DNA of 64,000 nucleotides from Escherichia coli (GTDB lineage Bacteria; Pseudomonadota; Gammaproteobacteria; Enterobacterales; Enterobacteriaceae): assembly GCF_030013205.1 (NCBI RefSeq), contig NZ_CP122648.1, one strand, 5' to 3'. Below, piece by piece: positions 63,777 to 64,000 of the stretch (position 1 is its first letter; each line of letters opens with the position of its first letter). Under the pieces are notes generated by a model. It was given only the letters and a program-made list of their open reading frames with translations. It made no database searches and had not been told where the DNA came from. Position numbers and translations under genes: made by a program.

Positions 63777-64000
63777 CTATTCATCCATCCATTCGGCATC
63801 AATGTATGCCACTAAGCCGACCAGCTGACCGTTTGGACTGAAGTATGTTGCCTGCACCCCACTTGACATCTCATCAATACCACCGCACTGCGCTAGGCGC
63901 CGGTCCCACTTGCCCACAGAAGCGTCAGGATCGGCTGAGTTCCCCAAGACCCTTGTGAGCCATGCCTCCTTTAACTCAACCTCTCGAATGATTGCGTCGG
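63777..64000 (-). CDS. Tn7-borne hypothetical protein, 3' end only (ORF enters from beyond window end)
   Basis: Minus-strand frame open from 64000 down to TAG at 63777-63779; C-terminus ...GQLVGLVAYIDAEWMDE. Confidence 0.4.
   Translation of the reverse strand, partial: DAIIREVELKEAWLTRVLGNSADPDASVGKWDRRLAQCGGIDEMSSGVQATYFSPNGQLVGLVAYIDAEWMDE

Larger units (their letters stand above)
54899..64000. mobile_element. Tn7: Tn7 transposon inserted at attTn7 (right end and tns operon in window; left part beyond window end)
   Basis: Terminus TGTGGGCGGACAATAAAGTCTTAAACTGAACAAAATAGATC 25 bp after the glmS stop; tnsABCDE with canonical lengths 273/702/555/508/538 aa. Confidence 0.9.

Noticed and set aside
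63949-63987. 12-codon minus-strand ORF with a perfect AAGGAGG SD near the window end
   Set aside because: It terminates after 12 codons and lies inside the longer open frame that runs off the window edge; probably an internal Met or chance SD rather than a separate gene.

Overview
This window is Escherichia coli chromosome around the replication origin, in the order ilvG-ilvX-ilvL (minus), comM/yifB (plus, split), maoP, hdfR, the rrnC operon (minus), yieP, hsrA, rbsRKBCAD, kup, ravA-viaA, asnA, asnC, mioC, oriC, mnmG, rsmG, atpIBEFHAGDC, glmU and glmS. Two accessory insertions interrupt this core. (1) A ~14.7 kb integrase-bearing island is inserted inside comM (2194..16916), splitting the gene into a 5' stub and a 3' remnant. 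It reads like a phage-satellite (PICI-like) element: tyrosine integrase, AlpA-like regulator, antirepressor-like gene, a ribbon-helix-helix repressor beside three TGTGCGCACA palindromes, a translationally coupled early operon ending in a RecA-fold replication helicase, an iteron-rich AT-rich origin, and a terminal HTH packaging-like gene followed by a dense repeat array. Its cargo is uncharacterised and is the best candidate for an undescribed system: a triply repeated ~50-aa small-protein module, a FinO/ProQ-like RNA-binding protein, and a three-gene operon with a T8 frameshift site feeding a 679-aa tape-measure-like protein. (2) A canonical Tn7 sits at attTn7, with its right end 25 bp after the glmS stop, tnsABCDE intact, and the first convergent cargo genes before the window ends. 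All family assignments rest on reading the translations and on recalled family signatures; no database search was run.
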